In this document: in pieces, positions 49,984 through 59,883 of the stretch | How positions within the stretch are numbered: the first letter of the stretch is position 1 | Layout of the letters: every line of letters begins with the position of its first letter | Source of the DNA: an uncultured virus (IMG/VR IMGVR_UViG_3300035429_000180) | Lineage: Duplodnaviria > Heunggongvirae > Uroviricota > Caudoviricetes | DNA length: 64,000 nt | Direction: 5' to 3' (one strand) | IMG/VR virus record: IMGVR_UViG_3300035429_000180 | The notes under the pieces: model-generated | Told to the model about the DNA's origin: nothing | The model's input: the letters and a program-made list of their open reading frames with translations, nothing else | Database searches by the model: none | Made by a program: the position numbers and the translations under genes

Positions 49984-50136
49984 GTGATGATGAATTGAAT
50001 GTTGAAGAAATATTCCTGATGTAGACGGCACACCTGCAGAAACCGCCACGGGTTATCTCCATAGGGAATGAAGATAACCCGCTCTTTGGTGTTGGCGGTT
50101 ATACCATGTCGGCGCAGCCAGTAGAGCAAATTAGCT

Positions 50137-50469
50137 CTACGCTTTAGTTTGGGAGTCATGATTTAGCCGGTCTTTCAACCTTATCATTTTACGGTTCGCC
50201 CACTGTTCAATACGCTTCGTTCCGTAAATATGCGCCATTTGTAGGCACATAATCATCACGTCGGCGATTTCTTCACATACTTGGTCGGCAGTGCCTCGAT
50301 TGCGAGCGAGTTTGCAAAGTGCGTTTTGGAGTTCGGACATTTCCTCAAAGAGCATTTGAGTTTGAGCTTCCTTGCCATAGGTTTTAATGGCAAGCCGAAT
50401 AGTATCTTCAAACTCCTTGTCGCTCATTTGCGGAATTTCGGTCGACAGTGGTTTGTCTTTATTTTCCAT
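50137..50469 (-). CDS. MazG-like nucleotide pyrophosphohydrolase
   Basis: EEMSEL...EEIADV motif. Confidence 0.75.
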   Translation of the reverse strand: MENKDKPLSTEIPQMSDKEFEDTIRLAIKTYGKEAQTQMLFEEMSELQNALCKLARNRGTADQVCEEIADVMIMCLQMAHIYGTKRIEQWANRKMIRLKDRLNHDSQTKA

Positions 50470-50496
50470 ATCGGTTAGAGGATTGTTTCAAGAAAA

Positions 50497-50519
50497 GGCC
50501 GGCGGACGAGCCGCCGGCC
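50497..50519 (-). promoter_or_regulatory. Perfect 9-bp GC hairpin downstream of DGR target 2
   Basis: GGCCGGCGG-(5 nt)-CCGCCGGCC followed by TTTT on the minus strand. Confidence 0.7.
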
Positions 50520-50534
50520 CTTATGTAGATGTTT

Positions 50535-51122
50535 TCAGCCAACGAGGAAAGAAGCCCACAATTCGCCGAACTGCTTGCCACAGTAAAGGGCAAGCTCCTT
50601 GGATTTGAAGGCGAGACGTGCGCCGTAGAACGTGCTCGAAGTCGAAGAAACGTCGTCCGCGTTCGAATAAACGAGACCGCCACTCGCATTCGCACCGCAG
50701 CCCGCACGACCAACAACACGGCACTTTTCTTCATCGTCGAGGTCGTCGTATTCTTCCTGAGTGAGAATGTAGAACCAAGGATACCACTTGTATTCGTCTT
50801 TGTTGCCCCAATCAGGAGTCCAGCCCTCGTTGAGAGCGGCGGCGACGATACGCAGTTTGAGGTAGACCACAAGGTCGTTAGCCGTCTCATCCATAGGCGG
50901 ATTTTGTTCCTCCGCAATACGACGGTATTGATTGACCAGAGCGTGATTACCGAGCGCGTTGCAAGCGTCCTCAAAGGTCTTGATACGTTCCGTAACCGGG
51001 CGGTTGTCGGTTTCTTCGGATTGTGTGAACACTTCGGGATAGAGTGCGCGGAGTATACTCTTTCCGTTTTCATCGGCTACTTCATAAGCGGCCTTGATTT
51101 CTTTTAATTCGGGTTGTTTCAT
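50535..51122 (-). CDS. Small cytoplasmic protein; remote DGR target 2
   Basis: 195 aa from MKQPEL; carries VR2 encoding CRVVGRAGCGANASGGLVYSNADDVSSTSSTFYGARLAF. Confidence 0.85.
   Translation of the reverse strand: MKQPELKEIKAAYEVADENGKSILRALYPEVFTQSEETDNRPVTERIKTFEDACNALGNHALVNQYRRIAEEQNPPMDETANDLVVYLKLRIVAAALNEGWTPDWGNKDEYKWYPWFYILTQEEYDDLDDEEKCRVVGRAGCGANASGGLVYSNADDVSSTSSTFYGARLAFKSKELALYCGKQFGELWASFLVG
50613..50723 (-). repeat. DGR variable region VR2
   Basis: 111-bp reverse-complement match to TR with 10 mismatches, all at TR adenines. Confidence 0.95.
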
Positions 51123-51126
51123 GTGA

Positions 51127-51411
51127 TTATTTGTTTTTCTTAAAGGCTTTATCGCCAAATATTTTTCTTGCGTTTACCATAGAAGCACGGCAAGTTTTAG
51201 CCGCAAGCTCCATAGTTTCCATTGCTTTATCCCAATCGCCGTTACTCCATTTCAGGCAAGTAGTAACGAGCCTCGATGTGATAAGTGACAGTTCTATTAC
51301 AGGGTCGTGAATGTCTTTGAGCGCATTGTCAATCTTTGTCTCAGCGGTCTGATAAATCGCTTTGGACTTCATATCCATTCCCATAGGCTCTATGAGTTGA
51401 GAATTTCGCAA
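51127..51411 (-). CDS. Hypothetical protein
   Basis: ~90-aa ORF in operon. Confidence 0.6.
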   Translation of the reverse strand: MRNSQLIEPMGMDMKSKAIYQTAETKIDNALKDIHDPVIELSLITSRLVTTCLKWSNGDWDKAMETMELAAKTCRASMVNARKIFGDKAFKKNK

Positions 51412-51758
51412 AGCTTGTCGGCTTCACGATGGTTAAACTCCGCATCTTCATCGTTGAAGCTTTTGATGAATGTGTGGTATTCCGATCCGTTGATAAAGCA
51501 GCGGCGAAGCACGACCCAGCGGGAGCCGCTTGTGCATGGGGAAGCGTAGTAGGTCACTTCTTCATGAGTCATGGCGGAGCAAATCTTGTCAAGGCTGGAC
51601 TTCCAAGATTCTTTGTCGTCAAAAAGTTCTTGATTTATGGACTTGATGTCTTTGATTTTGTGGCGCAGCTTGCCGTTAATATACGACAGGCGTATCGTAA
51701 CGGTGAGCGCGCAACCAAACAGGGCGGCTACTACGATTGATGTTATTGTTAGAAACAT
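51390..51758 (-). CDS. Hypothetical membrane-anchored protein
   Basis: N-terminal TM, 122 aa. Confidence 0.65.
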   Translation of the reverse strand: MFLTITSIVVAALFGCALTVTIRLSYINGKLRHKIKDIKSINQELFDDKESWKSSLDKICSAMTHEEVTYYASPCTSGSRWVVLRRCFINGSEYHTFIKSFNDEDAEFNHREADKLCEILNS

Positions 51759-51770
51759 TATTTAATTTGG

Positions 51771-52634
51771 TTATCGGCGAGATTCGCCGGTTAATGGAAT
51801 TACGTTATAAGTTTTGAAGCGATCGACCAAACGACCAAAGGCATCTTTAGCGTTAAACATGGTTGTGAGTTTCGCATTATCCAGATTGGTGGTGAGGTGA
51901 GCAAACTTGCGGTCCGTTGTTATAGCCTGATTAGCCCACAGCTCATTGCGAGCATGTAAAAAGTCAGATACTACTGTAAGCGTATCTATACCATAAAACG
52001 GCCTATTTTCCACACCAATGTCGTTGAGGCATAAATGATGCGGCTTTATCATAAACCCTTTCGAGCCTTCCTCGTTATAGGTGTAGAGGTCGATGTTGTT
52101 ATACAGCGAGAAGTGGTTGACCATTTGCGTAACTGACACGTTGACAAAGTACCTCGGATTTTTAGTGCGTAGTAGATACTCACTGAAAATCTGCATTAAC
52201 AGTGTTTTCCCTGCACCCTTTTTCCCCTGAAGCATTATGTTTTTGTGTAACTTATAACCACGGTCGGGAAATACCTCCTCTGCAAGCTGACATCCGTTGA
52301 AATAATATAGCAGGAAACGCAGCACATCTTTATTATGCTCATCAATTTCAAAACGTCGGTTCTGAGGTTTAAGTACAATTTCGTTAGCTACGAATAACCA
52401 GAAGTTGACGTGTGCCTGATAGATGTTAGGGTCAGAGAGGTTTTGAGCATTAATCCTTGCCTTTTCACTCTCTATCATAGCAGCGTTAACAAGTTTATCC
52501 ATTTCAAGCCACGGTGCCGTCTTCTGGCTGTCTCGGCATCGCAGCGTATGAAGTATGGCCTGATCCCATTCAACATTTCCTGTAGGCTTTTTGCCGTACT
52601 TAGCTAACTCAATAGTTAAAGTTTGTGGATACAT
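51771..52634 (-). CDS. DnaC/IstB-like P-loop ATPase (helicase loader)
   Basis: GKKGAGKT, LCLNDIG, HLTTNL, 'RLVDRF', 'GESRR'; follows initiator. Confidence 0.8.
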   Translation of the reverse strand: MYPQTLTIELAKYGKKPTGNVEWDQAILHTLRCRDSQKTAPWLEMDKLVNAAMIESEKARINAQNLSDPNIYQAHVNFWLFVANEIVLKPQNRRFEIDEHNKDVLRFLLYYFNGCQLAEEVFPDRGYKLHKNIMLQGKKGAGKTLLMQIFSEYLLRTKNPRYFVNVSVTQMVNHFSLYNNIDLYTYNEEGSKGFMIKPHHLCLNDIGVENRPFYGIDTLTVVSDFLHARNELWANQAITTDRKFAHLTTNLDNAKLTTMFNAKDAFGRLVDRFKTYNVIPLTGESRR

Positions 52635-52636
52635 AA

Positions 52637-53413
52637 TTAAATATCTTTACCACCGAAGCCTCCAGAAAACGAGTAGTCGGTTGGGGCTTCAGATGTAGTT
52701 GTGGAAATATCGTCAAGTTTGCCTTGTTGAAGTAGAGTGCAGAAATGTCGCTTGGCGTCGTTGATGTCTTCATGCTCGTGACGTTCAATGCTCAGACAAT
52801 GTAATCTGAAGTTGGAGATCTTTTGCTTGAACTGTTCAGGCGAAAGTTTATATCTCATGCAAACGGGCTCATTCCAGGTTGTATCTGACAGCAATTTAGC
52901 CACTGACTCGTCGATTGACACAGATGCGCCCTTTGATTTTAGTACCGGCGCAGGCGTATCGACCGATGGCGGTGTGGTTTGAGACACATTTTTTTGCGGC
53001 TTAGCTTTTGACGGTGTCGGCATAGGCACTTCAATTAGGCAATGTTCTTTAATGGCATTTTTACGATGCATCTTGGTACTAATTGCTTGGTATCGCCGTT
53101 GAATCCCTCTACTCGTCAATATTGAAGCAGAGTCAAACAGATCCTTATCAAAGAAATCCCATTTAACCAAGCGTTTAATAATCTGATCAAGCAAATCGGG
53201 GGACACACCCGGCAATTCTTTGAGCATCTTAAATTTCAACATTTCAGTCCACTCTATGTAGTAACCGTTGCGATACACCGCACAGAGCAACTTGATAGTT
53301 GTTATCTCTCCTTTAAGGCCAAATTCGCCACTGATAGCATACAACTTTTCATCTGAAAAGAAGTCCACATCAAACGGAAAATAGTCAAGGCCATGCTTTA
53401 TTGGACGTGCCAT
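52637..53413 (-). CDS. DUF4373-family replication initiator
   Basis: MARPIKHGLDYFPFDVDFF...LTSRGIQRRY. Confidence 0.85.
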   Translation of the reverse strand: MARPIKHGLDYFPFDVDFFSDEKLYAISGEFGLKGEITTIKLLCAVYRNGYYIEWTEMLKFKMLKELPGVSPDLLDQIIKRLVKWDFFDKDLFDSASILTSRGIQRRYQAISTKMHRKNAIKEHCLIEVPMPTPSKAKPQKNVSQTTPPSVDTPAPVLKSKGASVSIDESVAKLLSDTTWNEPVCMRYKLSPEQFKQKISNFRLHCLSIERHEHEDINDAKRHFCTLLQQGKLDDISTTTSEAPTDYSFSGGFGGKDI

Positions 53414-53415
53414 AA

Positions 53416-53811
53416 TTAAATCTCTTTGATTGTGATACCATGCACTTGCAACATCAGCTTACGCTTGATGATGTATTCCGGAGTGCGGTAGCCTTTTGTG
53501 TCCTCGACAACCATTTGCCCTGTGGAGTTGTCGATATATACAAAATCAGCTTTGTAACGTACCGGCTTTTCCTCTATCCCCTCGCTGTTGATTTGCGAGG
53601 GGATAAGGAGAAAAACGACTTGTTCGCGGAGTTCAGAGATTACCCCGGCTTTCAGCCATAGTTTCAACTGTTGTGCGCGATAATATTCTTTTTTGGAATC
53701 ATAACCATTGCACTTTTCAGCATGATACTTGCTTTTCTTTTTGCCAGAGCCTGATTTCTGTTTCTCAGCGAGGGCGCGGAACTGTTCAACCGTCAGCCTT
53801 TCCTGTTTCAT
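53416..53811 (-). CDS. DUF1064-family nuclease (resolvase-like)
   Basis: SKY..YDSKKE..YKADFVY..VEDTKG. Confidence 0.8.
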   Translation of the reverse strand: MKQERLTVEQFRALAEKQKSGSGKKKSKYHAEKCNGYDSKKEYYRAQQLKLWLKAGVISELREQVVFLLIPSQINSEGIEEKPVRYKADFVYIDNSTGQMVVEDTKGYRTPEYIIKRKLMLQVHGITIKEI

Positions 53812-54244
53812 CGGTAAAGAATTGCGCCGGATAAACATCCATGATTTTGGTTTCGGCAACTTTTTCAATCTCGTAGTCGGCCAGGGTGCCTTTCATGCCT
53901 TTGTTGAAGCGGTCTGTGGCCCCTTGCTGGGTGCCGGCCTGAACCATGACGTAAATGGCGGTACGACGTTCTTTGGCGGTGCGCTCGTCAATAGTGATGA
54001 CGTTGTATTTTACGCTCCACCACTTATCAGCCGTTTGGTCGTAGAAAATTTCAGCGATGTTGGTTTTCTTAATCGCCGGTATGCTGAAATCGCCAGATAT
54101 GAAAGGGCGCACTTCTTCGGTGATACGAGCTTCTGCTTCCGTGAAACTCAGAGCGTCGACAAGGTAAGGTTCGGTTACTCTCTTGACGCTTCCGTTCTCC
54201 ATCATTTTGTCGTAACGGACTTTACATTCAAACCAGAGTGCCAT
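53786..54244 (-). CDS. DUF4494-family protein
   Basis: WFECKVRY..YLVDALSFTEAEARI..ETKIMDVY. Confidence 0.8.
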   Translation of the reverse strand: MALWFECKVRYDKMMENGSVKRVTEPYLVDALSFTEAEARITEEVRPFISGDFSIPAIKKTNIAEIFYDQTADKWWSVKYNVITIDERTAKERRTAIYVMVQAGTQQGATDRFNKGMKGTLADYEIEKVAETKIMDVYPAQFFTDETGKADG

Positions 54245-54246
54245 AA

Positions 54247-54528
54247 TTATACTTTTGAATTAAGTTTGTCTTTGAGTTCTTTGGAAATGACGAGCTTTGC
54301 AGAACGATGAGCCGGAATGATGACAGGCTTGTCAATATTCATGTTGCGGCCAATCTTTTTGGCCTTGTTGACCGGTTTGATTGTTGCGAAGCCTCGCAGG
54401 GTTACAGCCTCGCCACGAGCGAGAGAGTCAGAGATCGAGCTGATCATTCCTTCAACAGCCCGAATGGCAGATGAACGATGAAGACCACAGTTGTTAGTCA
54501 GGTGGTCAATGATGTCTTGCTTAGTCAT
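54247..54528 (-). CDS. HU/IHF-family DNA-binding protein
   Basis: MTKQDII..GEAVTLRGF..GRN..IPA..SKELKD. Confidence 0.9.
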   Translation of the reverse strand: MTKQDIIDHLTNNCGLHRSSAIRAVEGMISSISDSLARGEAVTLRGFATIKPVNKAKKIGRNMNIDKPVIIPAHRSAKLVISKELKDKLNSKV

Positions 54529-54674
54529 TGTTTTGAATTTTGAGTTTACGGTTTATCTTTTCTTTAAGCTGAGTTATAGCCCATGCGTGTGTGCTATTGC
54601 GCAATCCTTTCTTTGATTTGTAATGCTCGATTGCGATGTCAAGACACAACAAGATGCGCTCAGTATCGGCATTG

Positions 54675-56087
54675 CTAATCTCTACCATAGTCCATGAATG
54701 AATTTACCAACTCGTCAAAATACAGTTGGTCGGTTGGAACATCATCGTCAGTGCCTAATATTTGATTGGCGATTGACTTTTTATTGTGAATTATCTGGTA
54801 GAGCTTATGATCAATAGTATGCTCACCGAGCAGATAATAGCACGTCACATTCTCTTTTTGGCCGATGCGGTGACAGCGGTCCTCACACTGACAGCAGTCG
54901 GCATAAGTCCACGGAAATTCAACAAAGGCCACGGAGGATGAGGCTGTGAGGGTAAGGCCGACACCTGCGGCCTTTATAGAGCATATTGCGAGTTTGGAGT
55001 GTCCACCCTGAAAACTATCCACCGCCGCCTGTTTTTCAACGAGACTTTCTCGTCCTGTAATAGTAACAGCTTTGGGGAATTGTTTCTTAAGATCATCTAC
55101 AATATCGTGATAGGAACAGAAAACGACAAGAGACTTATCATTGGCAAGATGTGTTTTGATGAAGTCAACAGCCTGTTTAATCTTGCCTTTAGCAGACAGT
55201 GCGCGCAGAGTCATGAACTTTACCAAAGCTTTCATGCGCATTTTACGACGTATCTCAACATCGGTACACTCGGTGTATTCTTCGAGGTATCGGCGCAGAT
55301 CGTTTTCAGCAATGTTGTATTCCTCACGATTGCTGATGTCAACATAAAGGTCAACTCGCGTCTTGTCGGGCAAGTCAGTCAACACTGTTTTCTTTTCACG
55401 GCGTATCATGCACTTGTCATAGAGGTTACGCGACAATTCCGTGAGGTCACTGTCTTTTTGGCCATAGTCAGACAAGAATTTACTCCGACCGCCAAACTCT
55501 GTCATCCGCTCCATGATTGAGAGCTGTGCTATGAGGTCGTGCGGACGGTTGACAACAGGTGTACCTGACAGCAACACGATATAAGGCTTGCCGGTGGTTA
55601 TGCCCTTTGTGAAGATTGTCTGCTGTGCTTCGGGATCTTTAACTCGGTGACTCTCGTCAATGATAACGGAGCGAAAGTATCTCTTCTCTGGGCAGAAGAC
55701 AACATCTTTCAACCGAAATGTACCGTTAGTTTTAATATCCCACACGAAATATTTGCGCAGACTCTCATAATTGACAATGGCAACGTGATACATCCCCATT
55801 CGCAGTAGGTATGGCCATGTTGTTCTGGTTGAATTGTCAAGTACCAGGGCATTCTTATAAGTAAACTTTTCAAACTCGCGTTTCCAATTTATCTTTAACG
55901 AGGCGGGGCAGATAACCAAACATGGATAGGCGTTAGCACAGTCGACTATACCTATGCTCTGCAAGGTCTTTCCAAGCCCCGGCTCGTCACCGATCATCAA
56001 CCGTTTTTTTTGCAATCCGAACAGGATGCCGTCGCGTTGATAGGGGTAAGGCTCAACTTTGAGTTTGTGTTTTAGTTCTTTTGACAT
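54675..56087 (-). CDS. SNF2-family helicase
   Basis: DEPGLGKT, DESH, LSGTP, GVGLTLTA, QCEDRCHRIGQ. Confidence 0.9.
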   Translation of the reverse strand: MSKELKHKLKVEPYPYQRDGILFGLQKKRLMIGDEPGLGKTLQSIGIVDCANAYPCLVICPASLKINWKREFEKFTYKNALVLDNSTRTTWPYLLRMGMYHVAIVNYESLRKYFVWDIKTNGTFRLKDVVFCPEKRYFRSVIIDESHRVKDPEAQQTIFTKGITTGKPYIVLLSGTPVVNRPHDLIAQLSIMERMTEFGGRSKFLSDYGQKDSDLTELSRNLYDKCMIRREKKTVLTDLPDKTRVDLYVDISNREEYNIAENDLRRYLEEYTECTDVEIRRKMRMKALVKFMTLRALSAKGKIKQAVDFIKTHLANDKSLVVFCSYHDIVDDLKKQFPKAVTITGRESLVEKQAAVDSFQGGHSKLAICSIKAAGVGLTLTASSSVAFVEFPWTYADCCQCEDRCHRIGQKENVTCYYLLGEHTIDHKLYQIIHNKKSIANQILGTDDDVPTDQLYFDELVNSFMDYGRD

Positions 56088-56216
56088 TCTTTTGAGAATA
56101 TATTTTGCGATAGACAGCACATATCTCATCAAAGCTCATACCGGGATAAGTGAGTGAACCTGCGCGAAACTGATTGATTGAATCGCGCAGATCTTTTTTA
56201 CGTTTATCAGGCATGA

Positions 56217-56879
56217 TTAATAGAGATTAAAGCACCAATACTGAAATGCAAGCTCCTCATATTTCTCGCGGCCACGAGTGTATATCTCGTCGCCTCGCTC
56301 GATGAACTTTTTGAATATCCGGCAATTTTTTTTCGAGATAGCATAGATGAAATCGCGGTTTGACTGTGCGATATCCATGTACCAGGCGCGGGAGCGGTCC
56401 CAATCAAAAAAGTCAACGGCCTCATCAAATTCTGCCTGTGAGGCGGCAAAGGTGGTTTTGAGGTCTCCACCAAAGTGAAAGACCTTCAACCACCAATCCC
56501 ACTTACAGCGAGTATCGAGGGTGAAAGGATAGCCGCCGTACTCAAATTGTTGATCATGATTTACCATGAAACATTGGGTCTCGGCTTCCGCCAACACTCT
56601 TGCGAGAAATTGATCCCGACGAGCTTCCATGCGCAAAGCCTTGTGCATTTCCTGTGCGTGGCGAAACTCGTCCTCGTTGTACTGAATATCATCGACAGTG
56701 AAGCGAAAATAATTCACTCGCACCGGTTCAGTGATTATCGCGTCAACAAGATTGCCAAACCGAAAAGCGGCCTCTTTATCCCCGAATTGCATGCGGGGAT
56801 GGAGGATATTTTTCAATTCGGTCAAATCAGAGTTGGAGACCTCGCTTCGGTTGTAGTATTCATCTGGGTTATGGTTCAT
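56217..56879 (-). CDS. PD-(D/E)XK exonuclease (RecE/DUF3799-like)
   Basis: SNSDL, FG.LVD, RCKWD..DLKTT; in operon with RecT. Confidence 0.7.
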   Translation of the reverse strand: MNHNPDEYYNRSEVSNSDLTELKNILHPRMQFGDKEAAFRFGNLVDAIITEPVRVNYFRFTVDDIQYNEDEFRHAQEMHKALRMEARRDQFLARVLAEAETQCFMVNHDQQFEYGGYPFTLDTRCKWDWWLKVFHFGGDLKTTFAASQAEFDEAVDFFDWDRSRAWYMDIAQSNRDFIYAISKKNCRIFKKFIERGDEIYTRGREKYEELAFQYWCFNLY

Positions 56880-56880
56880 A

Positions 56881-58089
56881 CTACTGTGCTTTTACATCAT
56901 CAAAATATTCAAGTCCGGGGCTTTCAACAAAGATTTCCTCCTTAGTGGCAAGCTTCTCACAGTATGTAAGTTGCTTTTTGAAAATTTTGGTAAGCTCATC
57001 AACTGAGAGTGTGCAGCCCTCTCGTTGCCACCACAGTGACACGATGCCAAGGAATGCAGAGGGATCGTTAACCTTGATCTTCTTGCTGACTTTAGCCTTG
57101 GGGGTGTAGACTTGATCAGCCTTTGCCATGCTGAAAAGTCCTGCCATTTCAGCGTTGGACTTATCCAGCTCAGCTTTTTGTCTGGCCTCGGCTTCGGCTT
57201 TTTGGCGTTCCTGTTCTTTTCTTGCGGCATCTTCTGCCTCACGTTTCGTCATTTCTGCCTTGAGGCGAGCCGCTTCGGCTGCATCGGCCTCGGCCATACG
57301 CTCAAGCTCGATTTTCTTAGAGTGCAGTTTATCAAGTATCTCATTGCGATAATCATCGACCTCAAACACAAATTGCTTCTCAAATCTTGGCAGAAGTTTT
57401 TGGAATGCTTCATTGCGGATTGCTTTTGCCTCATCGGATGTAAGATTATAAGGTAACCGCACCGAAGATGGCGGACACCAATCAGCAGGAAGTGTTGTCT
57501 GATATCCAGTGATGGTATCGAACGTAGCCGTGTAGTTTTCAAGTGTCACACCATTATTCATTCTGGTGAGATCATTGATTGAATTTGTCACAAGACTGTT
57601 GAATGAATTGAGGTAGTCTTCTTCAACGGCAACACGATAACCTTCTTTGGCCTTTATAAGTTCCTGGGCGGCAATTTCAGCTTTACGGCGACGCTCCTCT
57701 TCCTCACGTTTTTTTGCGGCGTAAGCGTTGCGGTATTGTGTGATACGATAGGGAACTGTATCTTTCTTTGTTGGGTCTATAGTGTTTTCAAGTAAGGTAA
57801 ACTCAGAACGTACCTGATCGAAAAGTTTTGTAACCGGCGAGCGACGCTCGTTCATGGCCTTTACTGTCTTGCGCGTCTTCTCGATATAGGCAGCAAGTCG
57901 GCGGTCAAGATCGTCACTCATGCCGCTACGCTCGATTTCATCAAGGAGTTGCAGTCCTGCCTCATTGCATCGCTGACATGACAAGGCGTTAGTCTGGTAC
58001 GATTGCGGTCCGGCCTGAGCAATCGTAGTAATGTTTTCCTGACGCACGATCACAGCGTCAGAAATAGGAATAAGTTGTTGCTGGCTCAT
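56881..58089 (-). CDS. Coiled-coil recombination-associated protein
   Basis: 402 aa between recT and exonuclease. Confidence 0.7.
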   Translation of the reverse strand: MSQQQLIPISDAVIVRQENITTIAQAGPQSYQTNALSCQRCNEAGLQLLDEIERSGMSDDLDRRLAAYIEKTRKTVKAMNERRSPVTKLFDQVRSEFTLLENTIDPTKKDTVPYRITQYRNAYAAKKREEEERRRKAEIAAQELIKAKEGYRVAVEEDYLNSFNSLVTNSINDLTRMNNGVTLENYTATFDTITGYQTTLPADWCPPSSVRLPYNLTSDEAKAIRNEAFQKLLPRFEKQFVFEVDDYRNEILDKLHSKKIELERMAEADAAEAARLKAEMTKREAEDAARKEQERQKAEAEARQKAELDKSNAEMAGLFSMAKADQVYTPKAKVSKKIKVNDPSAFLGIVSLWWQREGCTLSVDELTKIFKKQLTYCEKLATKEEIFVESPGLEYFDDVKAQ

Positions 58090-58104
58090 GTTGTTGGATT
58101 ATTA

Positions 58105-58134
58105 GCCGTGTCTACCCTTAAGAGCAGACACGGC
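58105..58134. terminator. Intergenic hairpin
   Basis: GCCGTGTCT...AGACACGGC. Confidence 0.5.
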
Positions 58135-58145
58135 AGGATTTATTG

Positions 58146-59108
58146 TTAGAATACTTCGTCATCATTGGCAGACTGCGAGGGGTCGACGGTTACACCGAGT
58201 GACATATCAGGCGCAGGCGCAAAACTTTCTTCACGAGTTGATGTTGTGGACTGTTGGTCATCACCACCGACCATGTCGTAAAAGTCATCGTCCTGTCGTG
58301 GAGCTTCATCGGCCTCATAGGTAGTACCACGGCCAATGCGTAGCTTCGGGTAGGTCTTGAATGCGTGTTTTATACACTTGGCCATAAGGAAACCGCTGTC
58401 GATGCGGTTGCCTTCGCCTGATGAATACAAGGCGTTGGGAGTCTCGATATATTCACGTCGGTTGTTATCCCACTTTTTATTGGCTTTGCCTGAATAACCG
58501 GCGAGGCGTCGCCAATCTTCTTCAAGCATAACCGCATAGTCAATTGAACCATCTGCACGAGTAATACGCATGAAGCAAGCGATAGGCCGTTCTGGGTTGT
58601 GGTTGATGTTGAGGGTAAAATCAACCGATTTCGTGCCGTTGTGGTCGGCAAAACTGAAACCGTCACCCTCGTAGACAATAATAGGATTGTCTGCATGGCG
58701 TATCTGGCCGGCACGTTTGCGTTGGATCAGTTCTCCGTAGCCGGAGATTGTAAGGGTACAGCGTTGCTCGTAGATATCCTTGCCGCTTGAGTCCTTTTGA
58801 CCTGTCTTGTAACCGCGTGGTTGGAGATAGGCAAGGGCGCGTACGCCCGGCTCAACTGAGAGACCACAGACAGCGAGATCAATAAATGCAATGAAGATTG
58901 ATGTTGGCGTACAGGCTTTGAGGTTTGCGCTGTCGGAAATCAGACGGTTGAAGTGAATTGCTTCACGTTCATATGCGGCTTCGGCTTCTGCTTCGCCCCA
59001 TAAGTCGCCCCATAACTGAATGAAGCGTTGGCGCACAAGGTCGTCCTTGACGACTTCCATCGGCTTCAAAGAAGCGACGTGTTGTGCAGAGATTGTTACT
59101 TTGCTCAT
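58146..59108 (-). CDS. recT: RecT-family single-strand annealing protein
   Basis: GLS...AYL.P, ISGYGE, VYEGD.F, M.K..KHAFK.YP motifs; acidic tail. Confidence 0.8.
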   Translation of the reverse strand: MSKVTISAQHVASLKPMEVVKDDLVRQRFIQLWGDLWGEAEAEAAYEREAIHFNRLISDSANLKACTPTSIFIAFIDLAVCGLSVEPGVRALAYLQPRGYKTGQKDSSGKDIYEQRCTLTISGYGELIQRKRAGQIRHADNPIIVYEGDGFSFADHNGTKSVDFTLNINHNPERPIACFMRITRADGSIDYAVMLEEDWRRLAGYSGKANKKWDNNRREYIETPNALYSSGEGNRIDSGFLMAKCIKHAFKTYPKLRIGRGTTYEADEAPRQDDDFYDMVGGDDQQSTTSTREESFAPAPDMSLGVTVDPSQSANDDEVF

Positions 59109-59249
59109 GTTGAGAATTATTAAGTTATAATGTTTGGTGGATCATGTTTAGAAAAAACCGGCCCCAACTCGTGAGGCCGGCATACCTAAACATGAGCAGA
59201 ATTCTTTTGCCGAAGCAAAGCTCCTTACAGCAATGAGAATAATTCTACT

Positions 59250-59331
59250 TGTGGACGGTATGGGAGTCGAACCCATCTCTCTGCGTCAGCGCGCCTCTGC
59301 AGTGTTTCAGCCAACTAAATACTTACCGTCC
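59250..59331 (-). ncRNA. tRNA-like element 1 (intact acceptor and T arm, aberrant anticodon arm)
   Basis: GGACGGT/ACCGTCC stem, ATGGG-TTCGACT-CCCAT, ends ACA. Confidence 0.6.
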
Positions 59332-59406
59332 ATGTGAAAATCCGCCCACGCTTCACAGCGGAGACGGAGTATTAGTACATATTGGAATTTTGAGACTGGA
59401 AATTAG

Positions 59407-59524
59407 GGCAACAGGCGGGACTCGAACCCGCATAGTCGGAAGCCGTGGTCAATTTAAGGCAATCTTAAAGGCCACCACGGTTGACGGTAACACCGGACCG
59501 CACCTTACACCGCTTGCTGTTGTC
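59407..59524 (-). ncRNA. tRNA-like element 2 (long hairpin in place of anticodon arm)
   Basis: CAACAG/CTGTTG stem, GCGGG-TTCGAGT-CCCGC, internal CCGTGGT..ACCACGG hairpin. Confidence 0.5.
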
Positions 59525-59883
59525 GCACACCATATTGGTTTTATCTTGTGTGTCAGTTATATTTCAGCCACAGAACATCAAATAAACAAGAATTGTCCGG
59601 CTTAATCAATCTTCGTATGTCAAAACAGGCAAGAGTAATCCGGCCTGATCAACGTTAAGGCGTCGAAATAAACCAACTCATTATATCGGGTTTAGTCAAT
59701 ATGTAGGGCAGCGACTTAACGCTGCATTAAAAGTCATACTTGCTACTCACGCTCATAGCGTCCGTTCGTGTGTATCGCATCGGGGAGTTTATCCCCCTGA
59801 TTAGCTACCGTCTCGCTATGTATTGGTTGAGGTACACGTACCTTGCGAGGTCAGGCCACCCGCTATGGGTCGTTTTTATTGAT

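Noticed and set aside
50016..50105. Hammerhead ribozyme (CTGA..stem..GAAA..stem)
   Set aside because: Core reads CTGATGT, not CTGANGA, there is no convincing stem I, and it is antisense to the operon.
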